Shown here one piece after another: positions 1 to 11,389 of a DNA stretch of 32,517 bases. The translations under genes and the position numbers were made by a program. The DNA is taken from positions 1 to 32,517 of the forward strand of contig NW_025214724.1 in NCBI RefSeq assembly GCF_004010195.1. Direction: 5' to 3'. Every line of letters starts with the position of its first letter. Positions within the stretch are counted from its first letter, which is position 1. Origin of the DNA: Chiloscyllium plagiosum (lineage: Eukaryota). The notes under the pieces are model-generated. The model had not been told where the DNA came from, did not search any database, and saw only the letters and a list, made by a program, of their open reading frames with translations.

Positions 1-1366
1 ATGACTTTTACTTATAGGATCCTCCACCATGAAATAATTAATTAATTAATCCTGTTTCACAACACTTTGCATGAAAAAACTCAAACTGGGATTATCTAAA
101 ATAATACAATTACCTAAAAGAGCCCTTTTCTATTTTTGGTTCTAGAACATATTCTTCTCAGAAACTACCGTGAGTACACTCGATTGGACTTGTCTTCCTG
201 GTTACTTTAACCAATTTTATTCTTAAAATTTATACAAAGATTAAAGACTTCTATAGTGATTGTAGTACCTTTCTTCCAAATTCCTATTATTCCTTGGCTT
301 ATTCTGTATACTACTCTAAGTGTATATGTGATGGTACCCCACTCTGATGGAGGGTGCTTGTCTGCATTAAGCTGGAGGCCTAACCATGCAATTGGGTTGT
401 GGGGAAGTGAGTGCTGTATTCCACTGCTGTACAAATGCTAGAATTATTTTTTAAATAGCCCCAAATTAGACCTTTAAATATGCAGATTGGCAGAATGCTA
501 TTTTGCAACCACCAGTCAGCCAGCACCCTGGCCTACTCTGAAGAAATATCCCCAGAGGCAGGAATGCATCAGAGATCCATTCCAATACAGCTCTCTGCCA
601 TTTTGTTGCTTCTCCCTTCACAACCCCACTATCCCCACTCCTCAATTTCACTCCCTCCCACCTGCATGGGCAAAGAAAGTCCTGTCCTCAATGCATAAAA
701 ATGAATTGTGTATTGTTGCATTTAGCAATGCTACAAAGGCTGTTTTGGGTTTCTGGAAGCAGACTGTGCAGCTCACAATGTGTTTTTACAGGATGTGGGC
801 ACATAGCAATATGTCTCTTTCCTGCACCAGATCACACTGATTTATTGCAATCCTGATGTCACACAGCCCAACGGTCCAGTCGGCTAACTGATCTGCAGCC
901 ATCACACAACCTGTTAGGCCCTTGTAGCTCACTGGCATTATCATAATATGGCCACGTGCTACTGAGAACTGACAAAAAGAGCGGTTGCTACACTCGTTCG
1001 GGCAGCAGCTAAATTCCTTGTCCAACTTGCTTTTGTTAAACTCAGTTGTAAGGAATTGTTCAGCATTATCTTGCCACACAGCCTTTTGGCACTCTGATCC
1101 ACCTAAGTGAGAGAGTGTTAATTTTCTGGGTAGATTTTCCCTGGAGTATACCTTTTTTTTTACAAAAGGCGAGAGCTTCACAGTTCTGACAGGAGATTCT
1201 GATCAGGGCTCCTGTGGAGTCATACCTCCATTCTGACAGTTCTTTTGTTGGTAGGCAAGCCACACCCCTGGTACACAGCAGTTAGCTGTCATTCTCCAGA
1301 GGTTACATTTTGACAACTGCTGCCAAACAGTCAGTACATAAAGTAAGATTAGAGTGCTAGAAGGTG

Positions 1367-1388
1367 GTGTGTGTGTGTGTGTGTGTGT
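1367..1388. repeat. (GT)11 microsatellite
   Basis: Uninterrupted GT dinucleotide run. Confidence 0.95.
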
Positions 1389-1925
1389 TGCGAGGACCTG
1401 GTCGCAGAGTTGGGGTGGAGGCTAGAGTAGGGCACCAGGTGTGAGGGGTGGGGGTGGGAGAAGTAAGTTGAATTGGGAGTGAGGAAAGAGGGGCTGCTGG
1501 GGAAAATGGGGTAGCAGGTCCAGAACAACAGGAAGGGGAATCAAACACTAGGGGCGAGGAGGGGGTTGTATCCAGAGTGGGTGGATGGATGGATTTTATC
1601 TCGGGATCGGGTAGGAGGGGTTAGAGGATCCTGGGCTGGAGTGAAGGAACTTAGTTCTTTGAGGGTGAAAGTAGGTTGGGTGCAAAGCAGGGGTCCACAG
1701 TGGGTGAAAGGTGAGGTCCTATCCTGGAGGGTAAAGAGGGATCTGGACTGGAGAGGATGAAGAGGGACTTGGGTCCAAAGTGTGTGAACAGGAATTGGCA
1801 CCCGGCTTTGAAACAGGTATAGGTCTGGAGAGAGTGGAGATGGTATAGCTCCTGGAGGTAAAAGGTGTCAGGACTGGAAAATGAAGGGAGCTTAGCTCCT
1901 GGAGGGTGAAAAGGGATTGGTTTCA
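1389..1925. repeat. G/purine-rich degenerate minisatellite-like tract
   Basis: Strong G skew on + strand with recurring motifs TCCTGGAGGGTGAAA / GGGTGAAAG / CTGGACTGGA. Confidence 0.55.
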
Positions 1926-2080
1926 GAGCAGGGATCGATATTTTGGGCATAACCCTTCATCAGGGCTTATGCCCAAAATGTCAACTCTCCTGCTCCTCGG
2001 ATGCTGCCTGACCTGCTGTGCTTTTCCAGTGCCACACTTTTCAACTCTGATCTCCAGCATCTGCAATCCTCACTTTCTCC
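1926..2080 (+). mobile_element. Penelope-like pLTR remnant, family A, fold-back with two decayed hammerhead motifs
   Basis: Minus strand reads CTGATGAAGGGTTATGCCCAAAATATCGA (1935-1963). It abuts plus-strand GGGCTTATGCCCAAAATGTCAA and the shared family body CTCCTGCTCCTCGGATGCTGCCTGACCTGCTGTGCTTTTCCAG, also seen near 9910, 12226, 13020 and 20600. Confidence 0.8.
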
Positions 2081-2459
2081 TAGAAATTGCATCTATCAAT
2101 TGGTAGCAGGACCTGAACGGGGACAGGTAGCACAACCTTCTGTTACAATTTCACTTGAGCAGACAATGCCCATTAGGGAAGTGAGAGAAAGCACAGTGAG
2201 AATTTGGGCTACCTCACTGAGAGGAATTGGATCACTGCAATTTGTTTGTGGATAGTTAACTATCTGATCTCTAATCACCCAAATTTATTTTCACTTCCAA
2301 ATTTCACATGGTTTTGGCCATCTCTTTGCTTCCTCACTACCTAAAAATATTCAAACAAAATTACTGACCAAGTGTGCTTGGTTTTATGTCACTCACAAAC
2401 TTGCATAGTATGATTTCATAAACAAAGGTTGTTAATTTGTTTTGGTTGCACTGATTGAG

Positions 2460-4070
2460 AAATGGATGTTGACGTGGACAGCAGGAGAACTCTGTTCTTC
2501 CCTGGGTCTTAAAAGTGGTGGCTAATGAGATTGTGGATGCATTGACTTCCATCACACTGGAAAGTAACAAATATAACCTTGTTCAAGAAGTGAGGGAGGC
2601 AGAAAATAGGAAACTATCAACAAATTGATTTGATGTCTGTCATGGAAAGGTGTCAATCATTAGTGGCACCTGGAAAAATTCAAATTCATCAGTTAGAATC
2701 AGCTTGGTTTTGTGAAAGATCAGTGGTGTTTAATCAATTTAATGGAACTCCTTGAAGGAGTAACTCAGGCTGTGGATAAGGGAAAGCTGTTGATGTTATG
2801 TACTGGGCTTTCCAGAACATATTCAATCAGGTTCCGCACAAAAAGGTTATTGCACAAAGTCAGAGTTCATGGTGTACTTGCATTGAAAAATGATTAGCTG
2901 GTTGGAGAACACAAGCAGCATGCATAAAGGGGTCTTTCTCAGATTGGCAGGATCTGACAAGATAGGTTCCATGGTGACCTATGCTGGGCTATCAATGCTT
3001 TACAATTTACATCAAAGAAAACATGAAGTTGTTCACATTAGCAGTGAATTATTTAAATGGATAGCAACTGCAAAATTCCAAGCTGCAGGGGGATATAAGT
3101 GATTTAGAACATGAATCACAAAAAATATTATGCAAGGTACAACAAATCATTAAGAAGGACAATGGAATATTACAACAAGACTTAAAAGTAAGGATGTTAT
3201 GCTTCAATTATATATAGGATTGGTGAAATTACTCCTCAAATACTGCGTGCAGTTTTTGTTTCTTTATTTAAAGAAGGATAGAAATGCTTTATTGGCTACT
3301 CACAGGTCATTTACTCGATTGTTACTGAAACAAATGGGTCATCTTATGAGGGAGGACTGGATAGACTGGAGTTCTTTTTGCTGGAAATCAGAAGAGTGAG
3401 GGGTAGATTGACTGAGTGTTTAAGATCTTGAGTGGTTTTGACAAGGTAAGGATGTTTACTCCTGTGGGTCACTCCAAAACTACTGCATGCAGTTTTAAAA
3501 TCAAGGGTCACCCTTATAGTATAGGGTTGAGGGTAAATACTTCTTCTCAGTTGTTTGTGTAACTTTGAAATCTCTGTCTCAGAAGGCAGTGGAGGCAGTA
3601 TCATTAAATATTTTTTAAAGCAGATAGATTCTTGTGAAGCAAGGGAATCACATGTTACTGGGGTAAATAGGAATGTGGAATTCTGAAGATAAACAGGTTG
3701 ACTGTGATCTTAGATTAGATTACTTACAGTGTGGAAACAGGCCCTTCGGCCCAACAAGTCCACACTGACCCTCCGAAGAGCAACCCACCCAGACCCATTC
3801 TCCTACATCTAATACCACGGGCAATTTAGCATGACCAATTCACCTAAACTCCACATCTTTGGACTGTGGGAGGAAACCGGAGCACCTGGAGGAAACACAC
3901 GCAGACACGGGAAGAATGTGCAAACTCCACACAGATAGTTGCCTGAGGCAGGGATTGAAGCCGGGTCTCTGGCGCTGTGAGGCAGCAGTGCTAACCACTG
4001 AGCCACAGTGCCGATCTTATTGAATAGTGAAAGGAAAGCCAAATGGCCAATTTCTGCTACTAATTCATAA
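2460..4070 (+). mobile_element. CR1 LINE ORF2 (RT) and 3' end, decayed, interrupted by a SINE at 3713-4012
   Basis: Frameshifted CR1 RT motifs: LKVVANEIVDAL, LFKK..RQKIGNY, CLINLMELLEGVTQAVDKG, KRLLHKVRVHG, LQLYIGLVKLLLKYCVQF (consensus-like LYRALVRPHLEYCVQFW). Confidence 0.85.
3713..4012 (-). mobile_element. HE1-like tRNA-derived V-SINE
   Basis: Minus strand starts GGCACTGTGGCTCAGTGGTTAGCAC (A box) with a B-box-like GCTTCAATCCC and an ATCTA-repeat tail. TSD GATCTTA at 3706-3712 and 4013-4019. Similar to four other copies in the window. Confidence 0.9.
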
Positions 4071-4454
4071 GGTGGGAATGAGAAAAAGGAACTTTAAATC
4101 CACCTTACCAGGCAAACAAATTATTGTCTCACCTACAAGTCTGCACTTCCAACACTCTAACACAAAGTCTGAGCCATTCACCTCGAGAATAGGCTGTTAA
4201 CCTGAAATATGCTGACTCACGGTTAACTAACTACTGTTCATATTTCCTTTCCAACCACAAACAGGACAAACGTATTTCTTCCTGACCAGGCATTTTCTGA
4301 TCTTTGAAGTCTGTTTTCAAAGCTGCGTGAACATTATACATTTTCTTCATTTTCTTGTTCCTTTCAGATGTTTTAGTGTTTGTATTTATTAATGAAAGGG
4401 CCGTAATGTCCACTGCAAGTGTTGTGCTGTATGTCGTTTTGTGTCTCTAGTGAT

Positions 4455-4669
4455 TGTGATGAAGTCAGCCAGATGGACCACATAGAATATGAGTTCCCTG
4501 ATTGGAGCTGTTAATCTGGTCCAATCAGGGAGCTCTGGCTGACAGATAAGAACATCCTGGCCACTCTGAGAGCTGGTTCTGAGGGAACTGGATTGGTGTC
4601 AAAGACTCTTCACGTGAAAATAAAGGATGACTTAGTGATGAGATACTAGCCTCTCTGGAGTTATTTTCA
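4455..4669 (+). mobile_element. Solo LTR (Gypsy-type)
   Basis: TG...CA termini, internal CCAAT and AATAAA, flanked by GTGAT (4450-4454) and GTGAA (4670-4674), a 5-bp TSD with one mismatch. Confidence 0.7.
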
Positions 4670-5248
4670 GTGAATTTTCCTAATAAGTTAGGGGAGACTT
4701 ATCTATATGATAAAGAATGCATGTGCGATGTCTTTTTGTCCCGAGAAAATTGAAACACTCATGTTTTTTAGACTTAAATATCTGGAAATTCATCAAGTAT
4801 ATTTCTAGCAAGTCTCCATGAGCTACTGGACTGATGCAAAGTTGGTTGATACCAGTCTTCAGTGTGACAATCAATAAGGCACTCTGGACATACATACATA
4901 CTCAAAATATTGAGCTCCTAGATCTTTAGAAATAATATAAGATAGCATTTCTGTTTCTTCCAAAGAAAATGCCTCTTTATCAATGTAACCATTTTAATCA
5001 TTTACATGTTTATATATATGAAAGAAAATTAAAGAAAGAAGATTTAGCATATATCTTAGATTGTTTCCTTCTTTGAAATGTTAAATATGGTAATGTTTAG
5101 GTGATAAAATGTTGTGCCTCCATCTTATAGATTTGATAGTCATTGATTTTGGTGATGAGTTGGCATGCTGCCCAGTGATGTTGTGCATAGTGCTCCTGGT
5201 ATTAAATGAGTTGTGCTTCATCCTTTAAACACAGCCTTACTTGATGGG

Positions 5249-5428
5249 CATGATGTGGACGTGCCGATGTTGGACTGGGATGGACAAAGTTAAAAATTAC
5301 ACATCACCAGATTGTAGTCCAACAATCAGGACTAGCTACTTGATGACGGAGCAGCGCTCTCAGAGCTTGTGCTTCCAAATAAACCTGTTAGACTATAATC
5401 TGGTGTTGTATGACCTTTTTTAACTTGT
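5249..5428 (-). mobile_element. Penelope-like pLTR remnant, family B, fold-back with a dead hammerhead
   Basis: Diverged copy of the 26475-26876 element. Inverted arms ACAAAGTTAAAAATTACACATCACCAGATTGTAGTCCAACA and TGTTAGACTATAATCTGGTGTTGTATGACCTTTTTTAACTTGT. Decayed core TTGATGACGGAGCAGCGCTCTCAGAGCTTG at about 5340-5369. Confidence 0.8.
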
Positions 5429-5797
5429 GGGATCATTGTTGCTGTTACACTACATGTTGGTGATGTTAATGTTGTCTTGTTGATTAGTAAGTTGTTGGTT
5501 TTTCCAGCTTGGGTGTAGGTTGAATTCTGTTCCTTTTTATTGGTGTTTCAGTTTTGATCATAATGATGGATGACCTTGAAATTTCAGTTTCATCAACACC
5601 TTGACTGTGTCTCTAGAATAGAGACTGAAGACATTCTCAAGACAGATCTCTTACAATTTGGCCAGAACGAGCTTGAGAAGTTGAAGTTGGAAACTGCTGA
5701 AGATAAGCAATTACAAGTGTTGCAAAAGACAAGGATCGTCTGACAGTAATCAGGAAGTACCAGAGAATATTTGCTCATATAGTGACAAACTTGGTAT

Positions 5798-6161
5798 ATC
5801 ATAGAATCATAAAATTCCTACAATGTGGAAGCAGGCCATTCAACCCATTGAGTCCACATGCTAACTCCAAAGAGCATCCCAACCAGATCCAGACCCTACC
5901 CTATCCCTGCAACCCTGCTTTTTCCTATGGCTAATCCAACTAGCCTGCACATCCTGGTCACTATGCGAACTTTAGTATGGCCAATCCACCTAACCTGCAC
6001 ATCTCTAGACTGTGGGAGGAAACTGCGTGCCTGGAGGAAACCCACACAGACACAGCGAGAATGTTCAAACTTCACACAGACAGTCGCCTGAGGGTAAAGT
6101 CAAACCTGGGTCCCTGGCGCTGTGAGGCAGCAGTACTAATGACTGAGGCACCATGCTGCCC
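5798..6161 (-). mobile_element. HE1-like V-SINE
   Basis: Same head and body as 3713-4012, with a TCTATGAT-type tail. Interrupts the Gypsy pol frame. Confidence 0.9.
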
Positions 6162-6540
6162 ATGGTGAGTCATTTTCAAGGGTAAACAGGTGCTAAGACC
6201 AAAAGCGTTGTGCTAAAATACAACTGTGTTGCACCAAGGACACATGAGAATTGAAAGCACAAGTGTACATCGTATGTGAATCTGTGTACTGGCCAAGGAT
6301 GACTCAGGATATCCAGTGACTCATGCATTTGAGGCATGTCAAATGTACCAGCCTAAATAGCAAAGGGGGCTTTTACATCCACATGATATTGCTTCCATTG
6401 CTTGGACAAAATTAGCAATGGGCTTACACATGGGAAATAATACATCCCTGTGACAGATTACTCTCCAAAGTTTCCTCTTGTTCAGTGACATAACAACACA
6501 ATGAATGCAACCATCACTGAAACAATGACCATCATTTTCA

Positions 6541-8750
6541 TTAGCTATAACAGAGCAAATATCTTTGATCACTGCTACGCCACTATGAAAAATGCCTACC
6601 ACTCCATCTCCTGCACCCATTTTGGGAACTCTGATCACAGTGCCGTGTTTCTTCTTCCAGCTTACAGGCAAAAGCTCAAGCAGGAGACCTCCTCGCTGAT
6701 ACAGGTCCAGTGCTCTTCAGAGGAGGCAGAGGATCAACTCCAGTGCTGTCTGGAATCAGTTGACCATGTTCAAACTGTCCGCAGGTACCTTGGACGAGTA
6801 TGCCACCACCATCACAGATGTTATCAGAAAGTGTGTGGGGGACTAAGGAAGTCATTCAGGTGTTCCCCAACATGAAACCCTGGATGAATCAGGACATGCA
6901 GAATCTGCTAAAAACCAGCCGTGAGGCCTTCAGATCATGAGACCCACTCAAATGTAAGGAATCCAAGTATGACCTTAGCAGAGCCATTAAGAAAGCCAAG
7001 GACCAATGCTGATCCAAACTAGAGACCCAGACAGACACCCAGAGACTATGGCAAGGACTGAATGACATCACAGGTTCTAAAAGAGACAGTGCAAGATAGC
7101 AGACGATGACATATCCCTCCCAAATCTTCTCAACACCTTCTATGTTTGCTTTGAGCACAATTTTAGTGGAGAGGTAACATCTATTCCAATAAGTCCTGAT
7201 GAACCTATCCCAACAATCACTGCATCATAGGGTCAGATCAGATTTCCTCCGTGTGAATCCAAGGAAGGCGATGGGACCCGACGGAGTACTAGGCCATGCA
7301 CTCAAAACATGCGAAGATCAATTGGCATAGATCTTCTCGGGCATCTTCAACTTCTCCCTGCAGCAGGCCATTGTCCCTGTCTGTTTAAAGAGGGCCAACA
7401 TCATCCCTATGCCTAAGAAGGCTCATGCAGCATGTCTCAATGAGTACCACCCAGTGGCCCTAACTTCGGTGGTCATGAAGTGCTTTGAAAGGCTAGTCAT
7501 GGCATTAACCAACTCCAGCCTCCCATTACTCTTGACCCACTCCAATTTGCCGAACAGATCCATGTTAGATGACATACACTTGCCCTTCACTCCTTCCTAG
7601 TACATCGTGACACCAAGAACAGCTATATAAGAATCCTATTCATTGACTACAGTTCAGCTTTCAACGCTACTATCTCCTCAAGACTGATTACTAATATTAG
7701 TGATCTTGGACTACGCTCCACATTCTACAACTGGATCCTTAGTTTCCTGACCCACAGGCCACATTCAGTGAAGACTTGAGACAATATTTCATCCTCAATT
7801 ACACTCAACACTGGAGCCTCCCAGGGGTGTGTACTCAGCCCTATACTGTACTCACTATATACCCATGACTGCATCGCCAAATACCCGACTAATGCCATTT
7901 ACAAGTTCACTGATGACACCACCATAGTCGGTCAAATCTCATATGGCAACAAAAACAGACTACAGACGGGAGATGGAAGACCTGGAAAAATGGTACACTG
8001 AGAACAACCTAGCTCTCAATGCCGGCAAAATCAAGGATCTCTCATTATTAGCGTTCGCCGGGATGTTATTCATGCCCCCCCTACACATTAACAGCACAGA
8101 GGTGGAACAAGGGGACAGTGTCAAGCTCCTGGGAGTGGTCATTCGCAACAAGCTTTCTTGGGCTCTTCATGTGGTCTCACTGGTAACAAAGGCCAAACAA
8201 CGTCTCTTCTTCCTCAGGCAGCTGAGGAAATTTGGCACGAAGGCAAATACCCTTGCCAACTTTTACAGGTGTGCCATCGAGAGCATTCTGTCTGGATGTA
8301 TCACTACCTGGTATGGCAACTGTACCATTCGAGATCGGAGACGGTTACAGAGAGTGATGAACTCGGCCCGGACAATCACAAAGGCCAACCTCCCATCTAC
8401 AGAATCAATCTACCTGGCCCTCTGTCAAGGAAAGGCCACTAGCATTCTCAAAAATCCATCCCACTCTGGCAATGTTTTTCTACAACCTCTACCATCGGGG
8501 AGAAGATACAGAAGCCTGAACACATGCACCAGCTGGTTTCAAAACAGTCTCTACCCTACTGTTGTTAGAATACTGAATGGATTCACAAACTCTTAACATT
8601 CACCTGTACCTGTGTTTTTCTTTTTGCCGCTGTTTACCTATTATTTACTTATCTATATAGGCTACTTAACTATGTGATCTGCTTGTATTGCTCACAAGAC
8701 AAAGCTTTTCACTGTGCCTCGGTACACATGACAATAAATTCAATTCAATT
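6541..8750 (+). mobile_element. Rex1/Babar LINE, 5'-truncated; endonuclease end and RT with stops and frameshifts
   Basis: FDHCYATMKNAY...HFGNSDHSAVFLLPAYRQKL (endonuclease end); PKKAHAACLNEYHPVALTSVVMKCFERLV; FIDYSSAFN; TGASQGCVLSPILYSLYTHDC; YKFTDDTTIVG; C-terminal ORF 7943-8596 ending LPSGRRYRS. Tail GACAATAAA followed by TTCAA repeats. Confidence 0.93.
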
Positions 8751-9592
8751 TATTTCGAATAATGTCTGATGACAGAATCATTGGCAAAGAATTCCAAGGT
8801 ACACAAAGTGGGGAGTGACTCATATCACATCACCACCTCACTATCCATGCTGAAACAATCCAGCAGAATATAAGGTATGTATCATAAAATCCATGCTCAT
8901 CAAATGTCGAGCAACGAAACAAGATTCTGCATCGCACTGCTAAATTTTTGTGCAGCACCAATATGCAGGAAATTATCATGCCGAGCACAATCTATGCTTG
9001 GAGTGCAAATGTCAATAAGATTGTCTAGAAACCAAATGTACAACCATTTCAAGGCACAGGATATTCTTCTTTAGCAACAAAGTAGAATGAAAGAGACACA
9101 GGACCAGCAGTCAGGTAGAGAACTACCAGAAAATACACATTGGGCAGAGAGTGTGAATCAGAAAACCAGTCACAAATCCTTGGATACCAGCAATGGTCTC
9201 TAAAATCTGTGATCATTTTAAGGCTAAAAGATGGAGGATTCTGTACTGACCAAGGGGTGTATTTAAATGTTGTCACGAGTGAAGTTTCCTCATCAAGCTT
9301 CATGTTGCAGTTGTAGCTATCTCTGGCCTCAGGCTTGTTAAGAAGTTCTGTTGTGTGATCATTTCCAGTGTTGGGATTGGATAGTCATTGGACTTTATTT
9401 CTTGATTAAGTTATATGGATTACAGGCAATTTCTTAGCCTTCCATTTATTTTCTCTCTTACCACAGTGGAATTTACCCATTTGAGAAGCTCTTTGACATA
9501 GATAGTGACTGTTCTTCCATCTTTTGGAGTACTCTTTAAAGCTTTTCATTTAATTGCATGTTACATGAGGCAAGAATCTTCGGTTTCTTCAC

Positions 9593-10003
9593 TATTCGAG
9601 AGGGTGGAGCTGGAAAAGCACAGCAGATCAGGCTGCTCCAAGGAGCAGGAGAATCAACGTTTCAGGCAAGAGCCCTTCATCAGGAATGAGGCTTGTGTGC
9701 CAAGGGGGTGCAGAGATAAATGGGAGGGGGGTGGGGCTGGGGGGAAGGTAGCTGAGAGTTGGTAAGTTGGAGCTTTCCCAGCTCCCTTACCCTAGCCCCA
9801 GCTCTTGCACCAGCCCTTCCCCCAGCTCCAGCCCCCTCCCATTTATCTTCCACCCCCTCGGCTCACAAGCCTCATTCCTGATGAAGGGTTCTTGCCCAAA
9901 ATACTGATTCTCCTGCTCCTCGGATGCTGTCTGACCTGCTGAGCTTTTCCAGCACCACACTCTCAACTGTGATCTCGAGCATCTACAGTCCTCACTTGCT
10001 CCA
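9593..10003 (+). mobile_element. Penelope-like pLTR fold-back insertion, family A
   Basis: Inverted arms at about 9596-9750 and 9812-9966, then a 37-nt unpaired tail. Exact 11-bp TSD GGTTTCTTCAC at 9582-9592 and 10004-10014. Confidence 0.88.
9652..9687 (-). ncRNA. Minimal hammerhead ribozyme motif, near-intact
   Basis: Reads AUUC-CUGAUGA-A-GGGC-UCUU-GCCU-GAAACGUU-GAUU. Core intact, G.U at the base of stem II, GUU triplet, weak stem I. Confidence 0.65.
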
Positions 10004-10440
10004 GGTTTCTTCACAAGGTCAATCGTGTCATGATACTCAAAATCTAAGTTATCTAACTCTCTCATCAAAACATTCTGCATGCATTTGTACAGGACCTTTG
10101 TAACTTTTCAATGGGTCTATTATGTGCCTCCACTCTCATCACATTGTTTACTGAGATATGCTATAGCTCTTTGCAATGACCCAATCCTAAGACAGCAGGC
10201 CAAATTGTTTCAGTGATGGAAAACATCCATATAATATCCTTTCCTTTATGCATCCCTTTGGTTTGTTTTTAGCTGTCGAATTTGATTTTCCTCATACAGT
10301 ATTGGCACAACATTGTTCATTTTCAAAATAACTTTCCTCAACTATTTTCCTTCACATTTTCAGTAAAGACCTATTGCTATAGCCTGACTGGGGGTGATGT
10401 TACTCTGTGCTATCGTATCAAGTGTTGGTTTCTGATTTAT

Positions 10441-11388
10441 GACCATAATAAGACCTTAAAGAGTAGGAACAGGAGTAAGCTGTTCGCTCCATTGAAGCTG
10501 CTCCACCATTCAATAGGATTATGACATTCCTCAGGTCCACTTTCCTGCCCTTTGCTCAAAACCCTTGGAAGCCTCTACTCGTCAAGAATCTATTTGTCTC
10601 AGCCTTAAATATTCACAAGGAATCTGTCCCCATAGCTTTCTGTGGCAAGGAATTCTGAAGACTTACAACGCTTTGAGAGAAAAAAAATCCTCATCTCTGT
10701 CCTAAATTGGCACCCCTTTATTCTGAAACTATACCAAGACTCTCCATGATGGGAAACGTCCTCTCAGCATTTACCCTGTCAAACCCCTTAAGAACCCAAA
10801 TGTTTCAATGAGATCATTTCTCATTCTTCTCAACTCTAATGAGTAGAGTCCTAACCTGAAGCCTCTGCTCATAAGTAAATCCCTCCATATTACTGTTCAT
10901 CAGAATCTTCTCTGAACTGCTTCAGGGAACAAAACTTCTCACAGTATTCCAGATGTGGTCACACCAGCACCTAGTACGGTTGCAATAAGACTTCCCTACT
11001 CTCATACTCGAACCTCCTTGAATAAGAATTAACATTGCATTCGCCTTCTTGGTTACCAGCTACACCCGTGTGCTAGCTTTTTGTTTCATGTACCCCCAGT
11101 CTCTTTATATTGTAGCTTTTTGCAGTTTTTCTCCACTTAAAGAATAGTCTGTTCTGTTGCTCTCAAAAATGACTAACTTTGTACCTTCCCACATTATACT
11201 CCACCGGACAACGTTTTCCCACTTATCTCTCCACAAGCTGTTTGTATTCCTCCTACAACTTGCCTTTCCACCGAGTTGAAATACCCAACAGCCATGATTA
11301 AATTGCAGAGTGGACTCGATGGGCCGAGAGGCCTTACTTCCACTCCCATGTCTTATGGTCTTATTTTTGCATAATCTGCAAATCTGGC
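10441..11388 (-). mobile_element. CR1 LINE 3' fragment, with a short plus-strand CR1 3' end at about 11273-11363
   Basis: CR1-type tail TCTTATGGTC in both orientations; minus-strand LEYCEKF-like and ARFADY motifs. Confidence 0.8.
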
Positions 11389-11389
11389 T

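Larger units (their letters stand above)
5562..9215 (+). mobile_element. Gypsy (Ty3) pol fragment: RNase H end and integrase, decayed, split by an HE1 SINE and a Rex1 LINE
   Basis: ELEKLKLETAEDKQLQVLQK (about 5670-5730); VIFKGKQVL, HQGHM, ESVYWPRMTQDI, EACQMYQP (HHCC zinc finger, 6165-6360); TDY.SKFPLV (about 6450-6485); KWGVTHITSPPHYP and IALLNFCAAP (integrase core, 8800-8965); IGQRV, NPWIPAMVSKICD (C-terminus, 9140-9215). Confidence 0.8.
9216..10435 (-). mobile_element. Gypsy protease and RT N-terminal fragment, decayed, interrupted at 9593-10003
   Basis: Minus-strand LDTIAQSNI (DTG-type protease motif, 10396-10422), GPAVLGL, FEYHDTIDLVKKP, WVNSTVVREKINGRLRNCL, DYPIPTLE, MKLDEETSLVTTF. Confidence 0.8.

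Noticed and set aside
786..1181. 131-aa minus-strand ORF; YKGLTGCVMAADQL loosely recalls piggyBac YN..MGGVD..DQ
   Set aside because: No other transposase motifs, non-ATG start, and the match is weak enough to be chance.
4341..4440. Possible exon after a strong acceptor TTCCTTTCAG (DVLVFVFINERAVMSTASVV)
   Set aside because: Unrecognised peptide, weak donor and no supporting neighbouring exons.
7943..8596. Longest ORF (217 aa) as a cellular gene
   Set aside because: It is the C-terminal part of the Rex1 ORF2, downstream of frameshifts and stops.
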